Source: Octopus bimaculoides
Taxonomy: Eukaryota
NCBI RefSeq assembly: GCF_001194135.2
Contig: NC_068992.1
Coordinates: forward strand, 43,550,974 to 43,590,502
Direction of reading: 5' to 3'
DNA length: 39,529 bases
Shown here: in pieces, positions 35,798 through 39,529 of the stretch
Layout: every line of letters starts with the position of its first letter
Position numbering within the stretch: position 1 is the stretch's first letter
Position numbers and translations under genes: made by a program
Notes under the pieces: model-generated
What the model was told of the DNA's origin: nothing
The model's database searches: none
Seen by the model: the letters and a program-made list of their open reading frames with translations, nothing else

Positions 35798-36688
35798 CCT
35801 ACTTGTGCCGTTTTCTTGACACATTTAGGATGAAATTATTCGGTTGGATGGCATAAGTCTAGCATAAGTCTTTCCGTCTGATCCAAAGATGCAGAAGCGG
35901 GATTCGTTGCTCCAAAGAACTTCTGACCAGTCTTCGGCCATCCATTCAATGTAGCTTTTAGAAAACTTGATCCGCTTCCACCGGCTCGTCTCAGAAATTG
36001 TCGGCTTTTTTCGAGCGATCCGGCCGAACCGTCCAAATTCTTTTAGGCCTTCTGGCAGCTTATGATGTAAAGCTGATGTCATTTTCATCAGATAATTGCT
36101 TGCAAATGTCCACTGTTATCAGCATTCGCTTACCTTCAGAGAGTATATGAATTTGCCGTTCCATCTGTACTGTTGTTTTTCTCGGAGCACCCGTTCTTTG
36201 CCGATCTTTTTATTGGCCAGTGGCTTGGTAAAGCTTCCATGCTTCAACACAAGCCGTTTTGCTGTATCTTAAGTGCTTGCTAGTGTTGACAAAGGACACA
36301 TTTTGCTGATGAAGCAACATGATTGTTGATCTAGTAACTGCGCTGATACTACGACGCTTTCCCATAGTGAATTGATGTGTAACAATGCTCGATTATTAAA
36401 CAAGACAGTGCAGTACGACTAGCCATATGACCACCCATTTGGTTTATTAATTTGCATAATCTTGGTTCGGTCTTAAATCTATTTTGCCAACAATTTCTAA
36501 TCATTTGAATTAATTGCGCATTTAAATTATTCGAATTGTAGAAAGATATATAATGCCTAAATCATTCGAAAGAGAACAAAAATTCTACACAAACTGTAAA
36601 AAGTAAAATATATTAAAATATATCGTTAAAATATATTAATGAAGGAACAGAGCTGTCATCATCGGTCTTAAAATTATTTTGGCCGGTA
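34994..36688 (-). mobile_element. Full-length non-functional Tc1 DNA transposon (~1.7 kb) with ~230-bp TIRs
   Basis: TIRs ~34994-35227 and ~36457-36688 align in inverted orientation. TA at 36689-90; the left TSD is imperfect. An internal transposase pseudogene is present. Confidence 0.93.
35283..36365 (-). pseudogene. Tc1 (DD34E) transposase pseudogene
   Basis: MGKRRSISAVTRSTIMLLHQQ..GQ*KDRQRTGAPRKTT..ARKKP..WSEVLWSNESRF..VMVWATFS..FQQDNCPVH..WPPQSPDLSLIENLW..NGYRTRY*. There are 34 residues between D and E. It has stops, frameshifts, a first catalytic D changed to N, and a (CA)n insertion at 35726-35795. Confidence 0.93.
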
Positions 36689-36690
36689 TA

Positions 36691-36848
36691 TATTGAGCTC
36701 TACTATTTCCCTCTATTTAACACTCTCATATCGTCTCTTATGACGGGATAACCCTCATATCCCTGAAACAGTTGTATACTACATTTCTTTTTATAAGTGT
36801 CCCATAAATTTTACATCGCCTTAACTTTGTTGTCTCATTTCATTTAAC
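36691..36848 (+). mobile_element. Hammerhead-bearing repeat, copy 2 (core mutated)
   Basis: Inverted homolog of 34476-34637. Core CTTATGA 36737-43, GAAA 36765-68, stem III ACAGTTGT; stem I lost. Confidence 0.65.
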
Positions 36849-36997
36849 ATGTACATGCTCACACACGACCCGCATTAGACTCCTTACTCATCCTATTATT
36901 GAACTGGGAGCCTAACTACGATCCTTCCGTAGCCCTATCATAGCCATACCTGCCATTTGGAGTCTTCTGGATATCAAAACCTTTCATATATATGTGT

Positions 36998-37071
<74 letters not shown>

Positions 37072-37364
37072 NNNNNNNNNNNNNNNNNNNNNNNNNNNNN
37101 NNNNNNNNNNNNNNNNNNNNNNNNNNNNNNNNNNNNNNNNNNNNNNNNNNNNNNNNNNNNNNNNNNNNNNNNNNNNNNNNNNNNNNNNNNNNNNNNNNNN
37201 NNNNNNNNNNNNNNNNNNNNNNNNNNNNNNNNNNNNNNNNNNNNNNNNNNNNNNNNNNNNNNNNNNNNNNNNNNNNNNNNNNNNNNNNNNNNNNNNNNNN
37301 NNNNNNNNNNTATATATATATATATATATATATATATTCATATATATATATATTCATATATATA

Positions 37365-37527
37365 TACGACGAGCTTCTTTCAGTTTCCGTCTACCAAATC
37401 CTCTCACAAGGCTTTGGTCGGCCCGAGGCTACAGTAGAAGGCACTTGCCCAAGGTGCCACGCAGTGGGACTGAACCCGGAACCATGTGGTTTGAAAGCAA
37501 GATTCTTAACACACAGCCACGCCTGCA
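37365..37527 (-). mobile_element. SINE family B, 5' module
   Basis: Head and CORE-like segment homologous to 17970-18133. Confidence 0.88.
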
Positions 37528-37541
37528 TTTCTTGTATATAT

Positions 37542-38050
37542 AAATTAAATAATGAGGCTAGAAATTGATATTAATCAATCAAAACCAGTGGCTTAGCAAG
37601 GTGGGCTCCTAATATGCTAAAGATAGATGTCAAATCGCCTTAAGACGAAGAATGTGTTCCTAAGAAAAATTTCAGCAAAACGCCAGCAAAATGAGCAAGA
37701 CAAATGAAAATATACGAAATAAAAAACGATTACCTACGTACCAATGGTTTTGCTTGTTAATATTTATGAATGTAAATATCTGCAGGCTCAGCAGCGTAGT
37801 TTCTCGCTTACAAAACACAATTTCCAGAACTAGACACAGAACGCTCACCCGAAAGAGAGCGTGTATAAAGTTCTGCAAATTATATTTGGGGGTTTTTCAA
37901 CTGTTATCATTTCGGCGCGCTGAGGCCGGGAACAACTCTGCAGTTAATAAATCTCTGCAGCTAATTTACCGGTTAGAGAACATTGTTATTTAAAAATTAA
38001 ATAATGAGGGTAGATATTGATATTAATCAATTAAAACCAGTGGCTTAGCA
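37542..38050. repeat. 509-bp unit bounded by 57-bp direct repeats
   Basis: 37542-37598 vs 37994-38050: 3 mismatches. Confidence 0.8.
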
Positions 38051-38291
38051 TATTTTAAAAAATCCGCAGATTAAAAATTATATTACATACAAAATTTAGA
38101 GTCATTCCTCTGGTACGTAGGTAATCGTGTTTTATTTCTTTTTTTTTTTTTCATTTGTCTTGCTCATTTTTACATTCTGGCGTTTTGCTAAAATTTTTGT
38201 TGAGAACACACTCCTCGTGGTATGACGATTTGATGTCTATCTTTAACATATTTGGAGTCCACCTTGGTGGTCATTCCTCTTAATTTTGTAT

Positions 38292-38373
<82 letters not shown>

Positions 38374-38543
38374 CATTATTCAGTTTTATTCCAAGATGTT
38401 TGCCAACAGAGAGATCTAAGTCTCACTCATTGAAATTTCAACATCAAGAGGTTATTTCTGCATATGTGTGTGTATATGTGCATTATTTGAAGTCGTTGCA
38501 TATGCACATTTGTATGTTTTGTTTTATGCATGTCTTCTCATGC

Positions 38544-38574
<31 letters not shown>

Positions 38575-38895
38575 TGTTATTATGTTCAGTTATAATAAAA
38601 ACAGTTAAAAACCTGTTGAGTTACTCCATACTTTCGTAGAGTAGAAACTTATTATTCTTAAACAAAAGTGCTGTTGAGAGTAACTTGGAAGTTTCGTCCA
38701 TGTCAATGGCTTAGCTGGCCGAAACTGCAAGTTACAATTATACAAGTGATTAGAATAATAAATTATATTTATATTAATAATACTATTGATATTAATAATA
38801 ACAATAACATTAAGGGTATTAATAGAGGGTGGAAACACGTGTAGGTCATGGTAATATGCTGTAAATAACTGCACCTATATACATATATATATAAT

Positions 38896-39174
38896 GTCGC
38901 CCTAGCCAGGCTCATGGGCTCGGTTTCCCGGTTTCTATGGCGTATGTGTTCCCCCCAGCTGGACGGGATACCAGTCCATTGCAGCATTACTCAAGAAACA
39001 GGAAGAAAGAGTGAGTGAAAGTTGGGGCGAAAGAGTACAACAGGGGTCGGCACCACCCCCTGCCGGAGCCTCGTGGAGCTCAGGTGTTTTCGCTCAATAA
39101 ATACTCACAACTCCCGGTCTGGGAGTCGAAACCGCGAGTCCGCTGCCCTAACCACTGGGTCACTGCGCCTCCAC
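38896..39174 (-). mobile_element. tRNA-derived SINE, head C + tail Y
   Basis: Head and body as in 29119, but the tail TGGACTGGTATCCCGTCCAG..GAAACCGGGAAACCGAGCCCATGAG is of the 22991 type. Confidence 0.85.
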
Positions 39175-39529
39175 TACATATATATATATATATATGTTTG
39201 AATTACGGAAAAATTTGGAAAAGTACTGTTTTCACTTTGCTAAAGATTTTCTACTATTTGAAAATAATATGTATTCTTGTTTTTATACTATTCAGTTGGT
39301 TCTTTATAGATTATTTTAATAGATAACTTATTTAACACTATATTATTTAGAAGTTATAGTTTCATTTCAACATAATATTAGAACTTCGATTGGAATAGTG
39401 TTGATATATTTTCGATTATTTTTGATTAATATTATTTGATTAATTATTAATCTTTATAGTTTATAATATCGTTAAAGTTTTTTTTAAATCAAAACTTTGT
39501 ATATATATATAAAGTTTAACCTTTTATTC

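Overview
AT-rich eukaryotic non-coding DNA with many N-gaps. It is most likely an octopus (coleoid cephalopod) draft assembly, inferred from the extreme microsatellite load and the tRNA-derived SINE families, which I recognise from memory rather than a database search. No protein-coding gene can be called with confidence; most ORFs in the track are microsatellite or N-gap artefacts. The window contains: (i) at least 20 tRNA-derived SINE copies from several families, some with shuffled head/tail modules; (ii) a full-length dead Tc1 (DD34E) transposon at 34994-36688 with ~230-bp IR/DR-type TIRs; (iii) a 357-bp internally deleted mariner-like element; (iv) two probable degenerate RTE-like LINE fragments; (v) several foldback elements; (vi) a few weak exon candidates. 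The main signal not explained by the ORF track is eight minimal type-I hammerhead-ribozyme-like motifs (stem I - CUGANGA - stem II - GAAA - short palindromic stem III - UH - stem I). They lie at 3247+, 4267+ (disrupted), 4873+, 27402+, 27521+, 28482-, 34544- and 36733+ (dead), mostly in mutually dissimilar sequence contexts, and several carry unusual core variants. This motif class is known from Penelope-like retroelements, so the class is not new, but the variants and their context here merit testing. All structures were paired by eye and no activity has been shown. Large gaps: 9318-9616, 10802-11273, 13470-13816, 22360-22637, 27688-27801, 29746-30455, 37072-37310.
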